Made by a program: the position numbers and the translations under genes
Shown: positions 8,043 through 17,450 of the stretch, one piece after another
How positions within the stretch are numbered: position 1 is the stretch's first letter
Layout of the letters: every line of letters begins with the position of its first letter
Origin: an uncultured Kineosporia sp.
GTDB lineage: Bacteria; Actinomycetota; Actinomycetes; Actinomycetales; Kineosporiaceae
NCBI GenBank assembly: GCA_964250315.1
Contig: CAXUFS010000002.1
Span: 1 to 55,443, forward strand
Direction: 5' to 3'
DNA length: 55,443 bases
The notes under the pieces: generated by a model
Databases searched by the model: none
Told to the model about the DNA's origin: nothing
The model's input: the letters and a program-made list of their open reading frames with translations, nothing else

Positions 8043-8915
8043 TCATCGGCCGGTTCGCCGCCCGGCCCGAGCTGCGGGTGACGGCAATGACTCGTCTGGC
8101 CGATCAGTGGTCCGGCGGCGTTCCCATGGCTCAGCGGCCACCGTGTAGCCCTCCGGCGACCACTCGGCCAGGACGGCGTACCGGTCGGCCCGGACCACTG
8201 TGTGCCGATACTCCAGCGGCGTGTTCCGCACGCTGCTGACCCGGATGATCTCGAAGCAGGCGACGTCGTCCGGGACGGCGAGCAGGTCGCGGTCGGCGTC
8301 GCTGGGCAGCACCGCACTGATCCGTTCGCGGCCCCCGACCAGCGACACCCCGCAGCGCGCGGCCAGTTCGTCGTACAGCCCGAGCTGGGTGAAATCGGCT
8401 TCCAGCAGGGGTGATGCGATCTCGGCGGGCATCCAGACCCGGTCGTGAGCCATCGGCTGGTCATCGGCCAGCCGGACCCGCTCCAGGTAGAACAGGTCAG
8501 CCTGGGGATCCAGGGCCAGTTCACCCGATGCCCTGGGATCGGTCACGATCTGCTGGGCCCGGACGATGCTGCGCTGCTCGATGCCCTGGGCGTCCACGGT
8601 CTTGAACAGCGAGTACAGGCTGCCCAGCGGCGCTTCGGTGTCGTCCCGGCGGACCCAGGAGCCGCGGCCCTTGGCCGAGTCGATCAGCTTGCTCTCCCGC
8701 AGCCGCCGCAGCGCCTCGCGCACGGTGTAGCGGGAGACGCCGTAGGCGTCGACCAACTCCAGTTCGCCGGGGAACTCCTGGTCGAACTCGCCCGACCCCA
8801 GCCGCCGGGTCAGCTCCGCCTGAAGCTGCGCCCACAGCGGCATCGGACTGGAACGGTCCAGCGGACGCACGTCATCCGGCCCCGTCACCGTGACCACCTC
8901 CGGGCCGCTGGCCAA
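8043..8915 (-). CDS. GntR-family transcriptional regulator (HutC/UTRA-type)
   Basis: The N-terminal wHTH is PLWAQLQAELTRRLGSGEFDQEFPGELELVDAYGVSRYTVREALRRLRESKLIDSAKGRGSWV. It is followed by a UTRA-like effector domain. Confidence 0.85.
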   Translation of the reverse strand: MASGPEVVTVTGPDDVRPLDRSSPMPLWAQLQAELTRRLGSGEFDQEFPGELELVDAYGVSRYTVREALRRLRESKLIDSAKGRGSWVRRDDTEAPLGSLYSLFKTVDAQGIEQRSIVRAQQIVTDPRASGELALDPQADLFYLERVRLADDQPMAHDRVWMPAEIASPLLEADFTQLGLYDELAARCGVSLVGGRERISAVLPSDADRDLLAVPDDVACFEIIRVSSVRNTPLEYRHTVVRADRYAVLAEWSPEGYTVAAEPWERRRTTDRPDESLPSPAARAGRRTGR

Positions 8916-8960
8916 CTTCCCAGACCACTCTATGCCTGCCGGTTCCGGTTCCGAGGCGGC

Positions 8961-9518
8961 CTATTCGCCGGGCCGCAGGGGCTCCTGCGGCTGGTTGGTG
9001 ATGGGCTGCCGGTTGCGGATCCGCAGCGGCAGGACCAGCCAGAACACCAGGATCGTCAGCGCCAGAACGATGGCTGCGACGATCGCCGCCGCTCGCCCCA
9101 CCACTTCGTCGAAGACCAGATCCACCGCGAACACCACCGCCATGGCCAGCAGGATCAGGCCAGCCACCGCGAACCGGTTCGCGATCCGGACCAGCTCCTG
9201 CTTCATCCGCCGCCGGAACAGCGCCCGGTGATAGGCGACCGGCGCGATCAGGCAGACCGTGGCGGCGGCAGTGGCCACCAGGCAGACGATGTACAACCCG
9301 CGCTGGAAGTCGTCCAGACTGGTGAACCGGGCCTGCAGCGGCAGGGTGAGCAGGAACGCGAAAAGGATCTGGATGCCGGTCTGCGCCACCCGCAGCTCCT
9401 GCAGCAGATCCATGAAGTTGCGATCGGCTCGTTCGGTCTGGGTCTCGTCCGGCCGGTCGGCGGCGCGTTCCTCCGGCGTGTAGTCCAGGTCGGGCCGGTC
9501 GGAACTCATGGGGCGCAT
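8961..9518 (-). CDS. DUF6328-family membrane protein
   Basis: The motif ETQTERADRNFMDLLQELRVAQTGIQILFAFLLTLPLQARF is followed by hydrophobic helices. The start was set to an internal Met (9518). The track start 9578 or Met at 9509 are also possible. Confidence 0.65.
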   Translation of the reverse strand: MRPMSSDRPDLDYTPEERAADRPDETQTERADRNFMDLLQELRVAQTGIQILFAFLLTLPLQARFTSLDDFQRGLYIVCLVATAAATVCLIAPVAYHRALFRRRMKQELVRIANRFAVAGLILLAMAVVFAVDLVFDEVVGRAAAIVAAIVLALTILVFWLVLPLRIRNRQPITNQPQEPLRPGE

Positions 9519-9613
9519 TATCGCTGGCAGGTGCGGCCACAGTTGATATGAGACGCTGACCTTGTCTGATCTGCTCACTGCGCTGCTCAGCGGCTCGACC
9601 CTACGGAGGTCCG

Positions 9614-10258
9614 GTGCTTGCCCGGGTGCGGATCAGTGTGCCGGATCGGCCCGGGTCGCTCGGCGCCGTCACCAGCGCGATCGGCGCGGCCGGTGCTGAC
9701 ATCGTCAAGCTGGACGTGCTGGAGAGCGAGGCGGGGCGAGCGCTGGACGACGTCTTCGTGCTGGTCCGCGACCCGGCGCATCTGGACATCGTGCGCGGCC
9801 GGCTGAACGCGGTCACCGGGGTGAGCGTGGCCGGCGTCCAGCACCCGGCACCGCCGGTGACCGGGCACGCCGATCTCGAGCTGCTCGACCAGGTGCTGTC
9901 CCGCCCGGAACGCGGGCTGCAGACGCTGGTGGACGGCGCCCCGCACGCCTTCGGCGCCGACTGGGCTGCCCTGGTGGAGTACGGCGCCGACGGCGCGCCG
10001 TCCGGCGTGCTCGCGGTCAGCGCCAGTTCACCCGGGGCTGACCAGGTGGTGCTGACCACGCCGTTGCGGCTGGCCTCGATCCGGATCACCCCGCCCGGCG
10101 CGGACGAGCCGTTCGGCGGTACCGCGCTGGTTCCGCTCGGGACCGGGCCGATCGCGCTGGTGCTGGTGCGCGCCGAGGGGCCGGTGTTCCACCAGTCCGA
10201 GCTGTGGCGGGTGGGCCAGGTCGGGCAGATCGTGGGCACCGTACTGGCCCCGGTCTGA
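9614..10258 (+). CDS. ACT-domain-containing protein
   Basis: N-terminus MLARVRISVPDRPGSLGAVTSAIGAAGADIVKLDVLE... is a canonical ACT fold start. The C-terminal roughly 130 aa are unassigned. Confidence 0.65.
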   Translation: MLARVRISVPDRPGSLGAVTSAIGAAGADIVKLDVLESEAGRALDDVFVLVRDPAHLDIVRGRLNAVTGVSVAGVQHPAPPVTGHADLELLDQVLSRPERGLQTLVDGAPHAFGADWAALVEYGADGAPSGVLAVSASSPGADQVVLTTPLRLASIRITPPGADEPFGGTALVPLGTGPIALVLVRAEGPVFHQSELWRVGQVGQIVGTVLAPV

Positions 10259-10272
10259 GCGGGCTGTCAGCT

Positions 10273-10842
10273 GTGTCCCAGCATGAGCCCGAGTGCTGGC
10301 TGGTCCGGCACGGCGAGACCGAGTGGAGCCTGCAGGGCAAGCACACCGGCCGCACCGACCTGCCGCTGACCCCCGCGGGTGAGCAGGCCGCGATCGCACT
10401 GGCTGCGCGGCTGCGTGGCGTGCACTTCGACCTGGTCCTGGCCAGCCCGCTGCAGCGGGCCTGGCGCACGGCGCAGCTGGCCGGAGTTTTCCCGCAGCCG
10501 GAGCCGAACGCGATGGAGTGGGACTACGGCATCTACGAGGGCCGGACCACGGCCGCTATCCGGTCGCAGGATCCGGCCTGGTCGATCTGGCACGGCCCGG
10601 TGCCGGGCGGGGAGAACGCGTACGACGTCGCCAAGCGCGCCGACGCCGTGGCGGCCCGGGTCCGGGCCGAAGCGGCCGGGCGGGCGATCGTGTTCGCGCA
10701 CGCTCACTTCCTGCGGATCTTCGGGGCTCGCTGGATCGGGCAGGAGCCGCAGCTCGCCGAGCATCTGATGCTCGGCACGGCCACCGTGAGCGTGCTCGGC
10801 TGGGACCGCGGCTCGCCCGCGATCAAGCACTGGAACAGCTGA
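10273..10842 (+). CDS. Histidine phosphatase family protein (phosphoglycerate-mutase-like)
   Basis: The catalytic RHG motif is in WLVRHGETEWSLQGKHTGRTDLPLTPAGEQ. The start was trimmed to GTG 10273 so that it no longer overlaps the upstream CDS. Confidence 0.85.
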   Translation: MSQHEPECWLVRHGETEWSLQGKHTGRTDLPLTPAGEQAAIALAARLRGVHFDLVLASPLQRAWRTAQLAGVFPQPEPNAMEWDYGIYEGRTTAAIRSQDPAWSIWHGPVPGGENAYDVAKRADAVAARVRAEAAGRAIVFAHAHFLRIFGARWIGQEPQLAEHLMLGTATVSVLGWDRGSPAIKHWNS

Positions 10843-10865
10843 ACGACTCTTCCCCGGGGCGTCGT
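10843..10865 (+). terminator. Hairpin immediately after the histidine phosphatase stop codon
   Basis: Arms acgac (10843-10847) and gtcgt (10861-10865) enclose an inner CCCCGGGG palindrome. There is no U-tract, so terminator function is an inference. Confidence 0.3.
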
Positions 10866-10958
10866 CCGCGGTTCATTCTGGGTCAGACCGAGCCATCAGC
10901 GGCGCACTCGCGCACAATTGGCTCAGCTACAGCTCTGACACACAACGAGGTGGTCGCA

Positions 10959-12614
10959 GTGCGCAGCACCATGCAGGATGTCCCGCTGTTGATCTCCCGC
11001 GTCCTGGACTACGGAACCAGGGTGTTCCCGCGGTCCGAGGTGGTCACCTGGACAGCGGAAGGGCCACGCCGGGCCAGCTATGCCGAGGTCGGCCAGAACT
11101 GCCGCCGGCTGGCCGTCGCGCTGCGCGGCCTGGGGGTGGAGGGTGACGACCGGGTCGGCACCTTCATGTGGAACAACCAGGAGCATCTCGAGCTGTACCT
11201 GACTGTGCCGAGCATGGGCGCGGTGCTGCACGCCATCAACATCCGGCTGTTCCCGCCGCAGCTGCTGTACGTGATCGCTCACGCCGACGACAAGGTCGTC
11301 GCTGTGGACAACAGCCTGGCCGCGCCGTTCAGCCAGCTGCTCGAGCACCTGCCCAAGGTTGAGCATGTGATCGTCAACGGCCCGGTCCCGGACGACGTCC
11401 GCGCCGCTCTGGCCGGCTCGGCCGACACTGGCGGCGCGCGGCAGGTGCACGACTACCGTGCGCTGCTCGACGCCCAGCCGGACAGCTTCGAGTGGCCCCA
11501 GCTCGACGAACGGGACGCCGCCGCGATGTGCTACACGTCCGGCACGACCGGCAACCCCAAGGGCGTGGTCTACTCCCACCGCTCCAACGTGCTGCACTCG
11601 ACCTACGTGGCGGGCAACTCCGCGATGGCGATGCGCCAGGCCTCACGCCAGCTGGCGATCGTGCCGCTGTTCCACGCCAATGCCTGGGGCCTGCCGTACG
11701 CCGCCTTGATCAGCGGCGCCAGCCTGATCATGCCCGACCGGTTCCTGCAGGCCGAGCCGCTGGTGGCGATGATCGAGCAGGAACGGGTGACCGGCACCAG
11801 CGCCGTCCCGACCATCTGGAACGACGTGCTGGCCTACCTTGATGCGCACCCCGAGGCCGACGTGAGCAGCATCGAGCGAGTGATGGTCGGTGGCTCGGCC
11901 TGCCCCCCGGCCCTGATGCGCGGCTTCCAGGACCGGCACAACGTCACCGTGGTGCAGGGCTGGGGGATGACGGAGATGTCCCCGGTGGGCACGGTCGCCG
12001 TGCCGCCGGTCCACGCCGAGCCGGGCAGCGACGAGTACTGGGCCTACCGGTACAGCCAGGGCATGCTGGCGCCGCTGGTCGAGGCGCGGCTGGTCGGCCC
12101 GGACGGAACGGTGGTGCCGTGGGACGACGAGAGCGTGGGTGAGCTTGAGGTTCGCGGGCCTTGGATCACCGGCTCGTACTACCTGGACGACGACGAGGAG
12201 AAGTTCAGCGACGGATGGCTGCGGACCGGGGATGTCGGGAGGCTCACGCCGGATGGATTCCTGAACCTGACCGACCGGTCCAAGGATGTGATCAAGTCCG
12301 GCGGCGAGTGGATCAGTTCGGTCGAGCTGGAGAACCAGCTGATGGGTCATCCGGCCGTTCGCGAGGCCAGCGTGGTCGGCGTCCCGGACGATCGCTGGGG
12401 CGAGCGCCCGCTGGCTGCCGTCGTGGTGGCCGAGGGAGCCAGCGTGACCGCGGGTGATCTCAAAGACTACCTGGCCGGGCACGTCGCCCGCTGGCAGCTG
12501 CCCGAACGCTGGGCCTTCATCGACGAGGTGCCCAAGACCAGCGTGGGCAAGTTCGACAAGAAGGTGCTACGGGCCCGCTACGCCGGGGGTGAGCTCGACA
12601 TCGTCGAGGTGTAG
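10959..12614 (+). CDS. Long-chain/medium-chain fatty-acid--CoA ligase (AMP-dependent synthetase)
   Basis: AMP-binding motif MCYTSGTTGNPKGVVYSH, followed by GWGMTE and a C-terminal PKTSVGKFDKK. GTG 10959 lies 5 nt after GAGGTGG. ATG 10971 is an alternative start. The 5' 440 nt of the track ORF (10518-) is non-coding-like. Confidence 0.9.
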   Translation: MRSTMQDVPLLISRVLDYGTRVFPRSEVVTWTAEGPRRASYAEVGQNCRRLAVALRGLGVEGDDRVGTFMWNNQEHLELYLTVPSMGAVLHAINIRLFPPQLLYVIAHADDKVVAVDNSLAAPFSQLLEHLPKVEHVIVNGPVPDDVRAALAGSADTGGARQVHDYRALLDAQPDSFEWPQLDERDAAAMCYTSGTTGNPKGVVYSHRSNVLHSTYVAGNSAMAMRQASRQLAIVPLFHANAWGLPYAALISGASLIMPDRFLQAEPLVAMIEQERVTGTSAVPTIWNDVLAYLDAHPEADVSSIERVMVGGSACPPALMRGFQDRHNVTVVQGWGMTEMSPVGTVAVPPVHAEPGSDEYWAYRYSQGMLAPLVEARLVGPDGTVVPWDDESVGELEVRGPWITGSYYLDDDEEKFSDGWLRTGDVGRLTPDGFLNLTDRSKDVIKSGGEWISSVELENQLMGHPAVREASVVGVPDDRWGERPLAAVVVAEGASVTAGDLKDYLAGHVARWQLPERWAFIDEVPKTSVGKFDKKVLRARYAGGELDIVEV

Positions 12615-12623
12615 CCCGAGACG

Positions 12624-14243
12624 TCAGCAGACGTCGGTCAGGCTCTGCGCGACCTCGGGGTCGACCGGCGGCTTCTTGGTGGTCTTCTTCTTGCCGGTGC
12701 TGGCGCCAGTGGATGCGCCAGCGCTCGGCGTGCTGCTGGCCGCCGGGGTGGCGCTCGTTGTGGGGTTTGGGTTCAGCGAATCGGCGATCGCCTGCTGCAC
12801 CAGGGTGTGGATCCGGTCGTAGTCCGGTTTGACCCGGTTCGTGACCACCCTGTCGTCGAACGGCAGGCTGGTCACCCGGGCCTTCTTCACCCGCAGGGCC
12901 AGGGTCAGCCAGGTCTCCAGGTCATCGGCCTTGATCCCGGTGGACAGGTTGTTCTTGGCCGCCTTGGCGATCGCCGGGAACTGCTTGACCAGCACCGAGG
13001 GATTCGACTTCTTCACGATCGCGCCGATCACGCAGCGCTGGCGGCGCATCCGGTCGAAGTCGGTGGTGCTGCAGCGGGAGCGGGCGAACCAGAGCGCGTG
13101 GTAACCGTCCAGGTGCTGATGGTTGCCTGGCTCGATCCACCCGTTCTGCCCGCATCCGTGCTCGGAGTTGCCACCGATCGGCAGCCGCTCGTTCACGTTG
13201 ACCGTGATCCCGCCGATCGCCTTCACGAAATCGCTGAACCCTTGCAGGTTCAGGCTGGCATACTGGTCGATCTTCAGCCCGGTCACACCCTCCAGCGCGT
13301 CCTCGGTGGCCTTGAGCCCGGGCTGCTTGTACTTGGAGTAGTACTGCTTGCCGCTGGTTTCGCCCCACTGCCAGACGGCGTTCAGCAGGCACGCGTCCTG
13401 GGGGCAGAAGAACCCGTCGGGGAACGCCTTGGCCCCGCCGGTGCCGGGCGGGAACGGCGCGTGCTCCAGATTGCGGGGCAGGCTGAACAGCACGGTGTTG
13501 CCCGACTTGGTGTCGATGCTGGCGACGATCATGGTGTCGGGGCGGGTGCCGACCCGGTCGCTGCCGGCATCGCTGCCGATCAGCAGCACGTTGATCCGGG
13601 GAACGCTGGCCCACGGGTCGGCCTTCGTCTGGTTCAGCGAGGTGGTGGTGCCATCGCTGTCGTTGCCGTGAGTGATCGACTTCACCAGGTCGCGCTGGAT
13701 CATCGCGTAGCTGCTGACCTTGTAGGCCGGCAGGGCCACACCGACCAGCAGGGCCGCGACCACCACCGCGCTGAACAACCGCTGCCCGGAACTCAGGTTG
13801 GCCTGGTGCCTCAGCTGGAGGTGCGTGAACAGGATGACGGCTGCCCAGATCAAGCCAAGAATGACGGCCGCGACGGCGATGATCAGCAGTTTCTTGGTGT
13901 TCAGGGCCACGTTCAGGGCTCGGTGCAGTACGTCTCCGGTCAGCCCGGCGACAGCCAGACCGGCCAGCATCAGACCGAGCAGGATCAGCAGGATCGCGCC
14001 GATCTGGCGGCGGCCGGCCGCCAGCAGCCCGGTGCCGGGAATGAAGGCGCCGATGATCGTCCAGATCATCACCCAGGAGAATCCCTGGCCATAGGTGGTG
14101 GCATGACTGCCACGCCGTCCGGCCGCCTGATGGCCGGTTGACTCGAGGCTGGACTCTGCTGCTGGACCCTCGCCGACGAGCTCCTCCTCGGGTCCGGCGG
14201 AGCGACGGGCGCGCCGCGGCGAATAGTTCTCGACCTGCGTCAC
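12624..14243 (-). CDS. LCP-family (LytR-CpsA-Psr) cell-envelope glycopolymer transferase
   Basis: N-terminal TM helices are followed by RINVLLIGSDAGSDRVGTRPDTMIVASIDTKSGNTVLFSLPRNL and a C-terminal LytR_C-like region. The start was set to GTG 14243, preceded by GGAGGGG. The longer track ORF start is unlikely. Confidence 0.85.
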   Translation of the reverse strand: MTQVENYSPRRARRSAGPEEELVGEGPAAESSLESTGHQAAGRRGSHATTYGQGFSWVMIWTIIGAFIPGTGLLAAGRRQIGAILLILLGLMLAGLAVAGLTGDVLHRALNVALNTKKLLIIAVAAVILGLIWAAVILFTHLQLRHQANLSSGQRLFSAVVVAALLVGVALPAYKVSSYAMIQRDLVKSITHGNDSDGTTTSLNQTKADPWASVPRINVLLIGSDAGSDRVGTRPDTMIVASIDTKSGNTVLFSLPRNLEHAPFPPGTGGAKAFPDGFFCPQDACLLNAVWQWGETSGKQYYSKYKQPGLKATEDALEGVTGLKIDQYASLNLQGFSDFVKAIGGITVNVNERLPIGGNSEHGCGQNGWIEPGNHQHLDGYHALWFARSRCSTTDFDRMRRQRCVIGAIVKKSNPSVLVKQFPAIAKAAKNNLSTGIKADDLETWLTLALRVKKARVTSLPFDDRVVTNRVKPDYDRIHTLVQQAIADSLNPNPTTSATPAASSTPSAGASTGASTGKKKTTKKPPVDPEVAQSLTDVC

Positions 14244-14517
14244 GGCCCCTCCATGTCTGAATTCGAACCGGTGGTTGCTGAAATGGGCAACCCATGGCCG
14301 ACGGGTCATTGTCACACGGAAGAACCCGACGAGGTTTCCATAGTTGGATCGGTGTGGATGCCATTTTCGTTGCATCGTGCCTGGCAGTACGCAAATCAAC
14401 TCGGTGAGTTGCGAAGCTGTCCCTTGCTGAGAACTCTCTGTGCAGCCCCTTAGTCAGGAGCCGGGAAGAATGCTTTTGGCTGGCGAAGCCGGTCCCGGTA
14501 GCCTGGCCGGATCTCGG

Positions 14518-14608
14518 GGAGGCGTCGCCTAGTCCGGTCTATGGCGCCCGCCTGCTAAGCGGGTTTGGGGCTACAACCCCATCGAGGGTTCAAATCCCTC
14601 CGCCTCCG
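14518..14608 (+). tRNA. tRNA-Ser (anticodon GCU)
   Basis: I folded the cloverleaf by hand. The acceptor stem is GGAGGCG/CGCCTCC. The anticodon stem is CCCGC/GCGGG with loop CU-GCU-AA. There is a long variable arm (GGGG...CCCC) and a T arm GAGGG-TTCAAAT-CCCTC. The discriminator is G, and CCA is not encoded. Confidence 0.95.
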
Positions 14609-14623
14609 CCCAGGGTCACCGCC

Positions 14624-14654
14624 GGGAGCCCGAGCCACGATGGTTCGGGCTCCC
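14624..14654 (+). terminator. 10-bp-stem hairpin 16 nt downstream of tRNA-Ser
   Basis: GGGAGCCCGA (14624-14633) pairs perfectly with TCGGGCTCCC (14645-14654), with an 11-nt loop. There is no U-tract. Confidence 0.45.
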
Positions 14655-14786
14655 AGCGGACGGCGCGCATCAGTGGGCCACTCCCGGATCAAGATGATGG
14701 CCGGACCCCGCCGGGTACAGGCTCGGCGGACGGCTGCGCGCAGGGGCAGGAGTGGACAGACCGGCGGTGAGGAGCAGAATCGCGAG

Positions 14787-15416
14787 ATGGTGAAGCCGGC
14801 GATCGTTTCGACAGCGGAGTGGCAGCGCGAGCGTGACGAGCTGCTGGTGGCTGAGAAGGAGGCGACCCGGGCTCAGGACGCGCTGGCCGCCCAGCGCCGC
14901 CGTCTCCCGATGACCGCGTTCTCCAGTGACTATGCGTTCGACGCCCCCGGCGGCACTCAGACCTTGACCGACCTCTTCGGCGGTCTGGACCAGCTGGCCG
15001 TATACCAGTTCATGGACAACGGGCCCGACGACTACTGCCCGGGCTGCACCTGGTTCACCAATAACGTTCCGGCCACCGGCTTGGCCTCGCTGGCCGGGCG
15101 CGGAATCGCCTGGGCGACGATCTCGAACATGCCGCTGCCCCAGATCGAGTCCTACAAGGCACGGATGGGCTGGACGTTGCCGTTCGTCTCCTCGCGCGGT
15201 ACCTCGTTCGCCGAGGACAGTGGCGCGGGGGGCGGATTCATGCTCAGCATATTCCTGCGCGACGGCGAGACGGTGTACCGGACCTGGAACACGACCTCTC
15301 GTGGCGTGGACCGGCTGGTCTTCGCCAACAACCTGCAGGATCTGAGCGTGTTCGGCCGGCAGGAGGACTGGGAGGACTCCCCGCCCGGCTGGCCCCAGCA
15401 TCCGACCTATGGCTGA
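14787..15416 (+). CDS. DUF899-family thioredoxin-like protein
   Basis: MVKPAIVSTAEWQRERDELLVAEKEATRAQDALAAQRRRLPM...YCPGCTWF... matches the DUF899 pattern. ATG 14787 is preceded by GAGGAG. The 5' part of track ORF 14565.. overlaps the tRNA and was discarded. Confidence 0.8.
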   Translation: MVKPAIVSTAEWQRERDELLVAEKEATRAQDALAAQRRRLPMTAFSSDYAFDAPGGTQTLTDLFGGLDQLAVYQFMDNGPDDYCPGCTWFTNNVPATGLASLAGRGIAWATISNMPLPQIESYKARMGWTLPFVSSRGTSFAEDSGAGGGFMLSIFLRDGETVYRTWNTTSRGVDRLVFANNLQDLSVFGRQEDWEDSPPGWPQHPTYG

Positions 15417-16233
15417 TTCTGCGCTGGAGGAGATCGCACCGGGGGTCCTGGTCCGGCAGAGCCAGTTCTGCCAGAGCAATGCCGTGGTGGTGGACGGCTC
15501 GGACGGCGTGCTGCTGATCGACCCTGGCGTGAACGGGCGCGACCTGGCCGAGCTGGCCGCCGGCCTGCGCCAGCGGGGGCTGAGCGTGGTCGCCGGGTTC
15601 GCCACCCATCCGCACTGGGACCACCTGCTCTGGCACCAGGCGTTCGGTGACGGTCCCCGTTTCGGTACCAGCCGTTGCGCCCAGGTGGCGGCGCGGTCCC
15701 GGGCCAGATCCCGGGCCGAGGCCGAGCGGCTCGCTCCTGGCGCGCCGCTGGAGCTGATCGGCCGGCTCACTGCGCTGGGGACGGCGGCCGAGCTTGTGCC
15801 GTGGGACGGCCCGGCGGTGCGGATCATCGAGCACGACGGGCACGCGCCCGGTCACGCGGCGCTGGTCATCGACGAGGCCGAGGTGCTGGTGGCGGGCGAC
15901 ATGCTCTCCGACGTGGAGATCCCGCTGCTGGATCTGCGGTCCCCCGGCCCCGAACCGCTGGCCGGCTACGAGTGGGGACTGGCGCTGCTGGCGGCTGAGT
16001 TCGAGGACCGGGACCTCACTCTGGTTCCCGGCCACGGCAGCATCGCCCGCGGGGACGATGCGCGGGCCCGGGCCGAGGCCGACCGGCGCTATCTGGCCGC
16101 CCTCAGAGCCGGGCAGCCGCACGACGACCCCCGCCTCGATCCCGATGCCAGCTACGGCCCCGGCTGGCTGATCCGTGATCATCGCGCCCAGTGCGAGTAC
16201 GCCGACCGGCGGGCGGCCCGATCATCAAGCTGA
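15409..16233 (+). CDS. MBL-fold metallo-hydrolase
   Basis: The sequence VLLIDPGVNGRDLAELAAGL...GFATHPHWDHLLWH contains an HxHxDH-type metal motif. The start overlaps the DUF899 stop (ATGGCTGA). Confidence 0.8.
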   Translation: MADSALEEIAPGVLVRQSQFCQSNAVVVDGSDGVLLIDPGVNGRDLAELAAGLRQRGLSVVAGFATHPHWDHLLWHQAFGDGPRFGTSRCAQVAARSRARSRAEAERLAPGAPLELIGRLTALGTAAELVPWDGPAVRIIEHDGHAPGHAALVIDEAEVLVAGDMLSDVEIPLLDLRSPGPEPLAGYEWGLALLAAEFEDRDLTLVPGHGSIARGDDARARAEADRRYLAALRAGQPHDDPRLDPDASYGPGWLIRDHRAQCEYADRRAARSSS

Positions 16234-17429
16234 CCAGACTGACCACGCTGACCCCGGGGCTGCTGATCGCGCTGGTCCTGATCTGGTTCTCGATGCGCTC
16301 GCCGATCGTGGCGGTGGCCCCAGTGGCGTCCGGCGTCCGGCGCAGCCTGCACATCGGCACGGCCACGACCGGCCTGCTGACCACGATTCCGGTGGTCTGC
16401 TTCGGCCTGGGCACGCCACTGGTGTTGCTGATCGTGCGCCGCTTCGGCCTCGACCGGGCGGTGCTGATCATGCTGGCCGGGGTGGCGGCCGGCGTTCTGG
16501 TGCGCTCAGCCGGTGGCTTGGCCGTTGCCCTGCTCGGAACGCTGATCCTCGGGCTGGCGATCACGATCGGGAACGTGGTGATGCCGGTCATCATCGGCCG
16601 GGACTTTCCCGGCCGGGTGGCCACGATGACCGCCGCCTACAGCGCATCCATGAACGTCGGCGCCATGATCGCCACCACGGTGACTGCGCCCCTGGCGGGG
16701 TGGATCGGCTGGCGGCTGGCTCTGGCCGGCTGGGCCGCGGTCGCGATCCTGGGTACGGCTGGCTGGCGGGCGGTAGCCCCGAACCTGGCCCGGCCTGGCG
16801 CCGGCTCGCCTTCCACCAATCCGGTGGCCGACGTCGCTGGTCCGTTGAGCAATCCAAAACCATTGTGGCGCAGGCCTTTGGTCATCGGCATGACCTTGAC
16901 CTTCGCCGGTCAGTCCTTCAGTTACTACGGGATCACCGCCTGGCTGCCCAGCTTGCTCAGCGATGAGCTGGGTAAGACGGCCAGCAGCGCCGGGGTGGCT
17001 GCGTCCATGTTCCAGCTGATGGCCGCGACCGGGGCCTTCACCGTTCCCGGGATGGTCTCGGCCCAGTTTCCGGCCCGGAGGATGATTCTGGTCCTGGCTG
17101 GGGCCTGGCTGGCGCTGCCGCTGGGCCTGGCCCTGGCTCCTTCGTTGTGGCCGGCCTGGTGTGCGTCCGGGGGCTTCGCTCAGGGCGGCATGTTCACTGT
17201 GATCTTCAGCGTGCTGGTGGCCCGGGCGGTGGACTTGCGCGACAGCCGCCGGATGTCGGCCACGGTGCAGGGGCTGGGCTACGTCGCCGGTGCCACCGGG
17301 CCGTTCGTGCTCGGCGAGGCCCATTCACTGTCCGGCGGCTGGATGGCCCCACTCGTGGTCGTGATCACCGCGCTGATCATCATGACCTGTGCGGGCCTGG
17401 CTGCCGTCGGCTCGGGCCTGCACAGCTGA
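16191..17429 (+). CDS. MFS transporter (CynX/NimT-like)
   Basis: Twelve hydrophobic segments. N-terminus is ...LIWFSMRSPIVAVAPVASGVRRSLHIGTATTGLLTTIPVVCFGLG. The start codon is uncertain, because GTG 16191 overlaps the MBL gene by 43 nt. Confidence 0.75.
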   Translation: MRVRRPAGGPIIKLTRLTTLTPGLLIALVLIWFSMRSPIVAVAPVASGVRRSLHIGTATTGLLTTIPVVCFGLGTPLVLLIVRRFGLDRAVLIMLAGVAAGVLVRSAGGLAVALLGTLILGLAITIGNVVMPVIIGRDFPGRVATMTAAYSASMNVGAMIATTVTAPLAGWIGWRLALAGWAAVAILGTAGWRAVAPNLARPGAGSPSTNPVADVAGPLSNPKPLWRRPLVIGMTLTFAGQSFSYYGITAWLPSLLSDELGKTASSAGVAASMFQLMAATGAFTVPGMVSAQFPARRMILVLAGAWLALPLGLALAPSLWPAWCASGGFAQGGMFTVIFSVLVARAVDLRDSRRMSATVQGLGYVAGATGPFVLGEAHSLSGGWMAPLVVVITALIIMTCAGLAAVGSGLHS

Positions 17430-17450
17430 CCAGGCGGGCCCAGCTCGGCT

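Noticed and set aside
7898-8524. 208-aa minus-strand ORF (Trp/Pro/Ser-rich) overlapping the GntR gene
   Set aside because: It is a different frame of the same strand as the well-supported GntR CDS (8043..8915). Its composition is implausible and I see no SD.
14565-14786. N-terminal extension of the DUF899 ORF
   Set aside because: It overlaps the tRNA-Ser gene and its terminator hairpin. The homologous N-terminus MVKPAIV follows a GAGGAG SD at 14787.
14518-17429. tRNA-Ser-adjacent genomic island or integrative element
   Set aside because: No integrase, excisionase or transposase is present, and I noticed no obvious direct repeat of the tRNA 3' end downstream. The neighbouring genes (DUF899, MBL, MFS) are ordinary accessory metabolism genes. 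A systematic search for an att-like repeat of the tRNA 3' end was not possible by eye.
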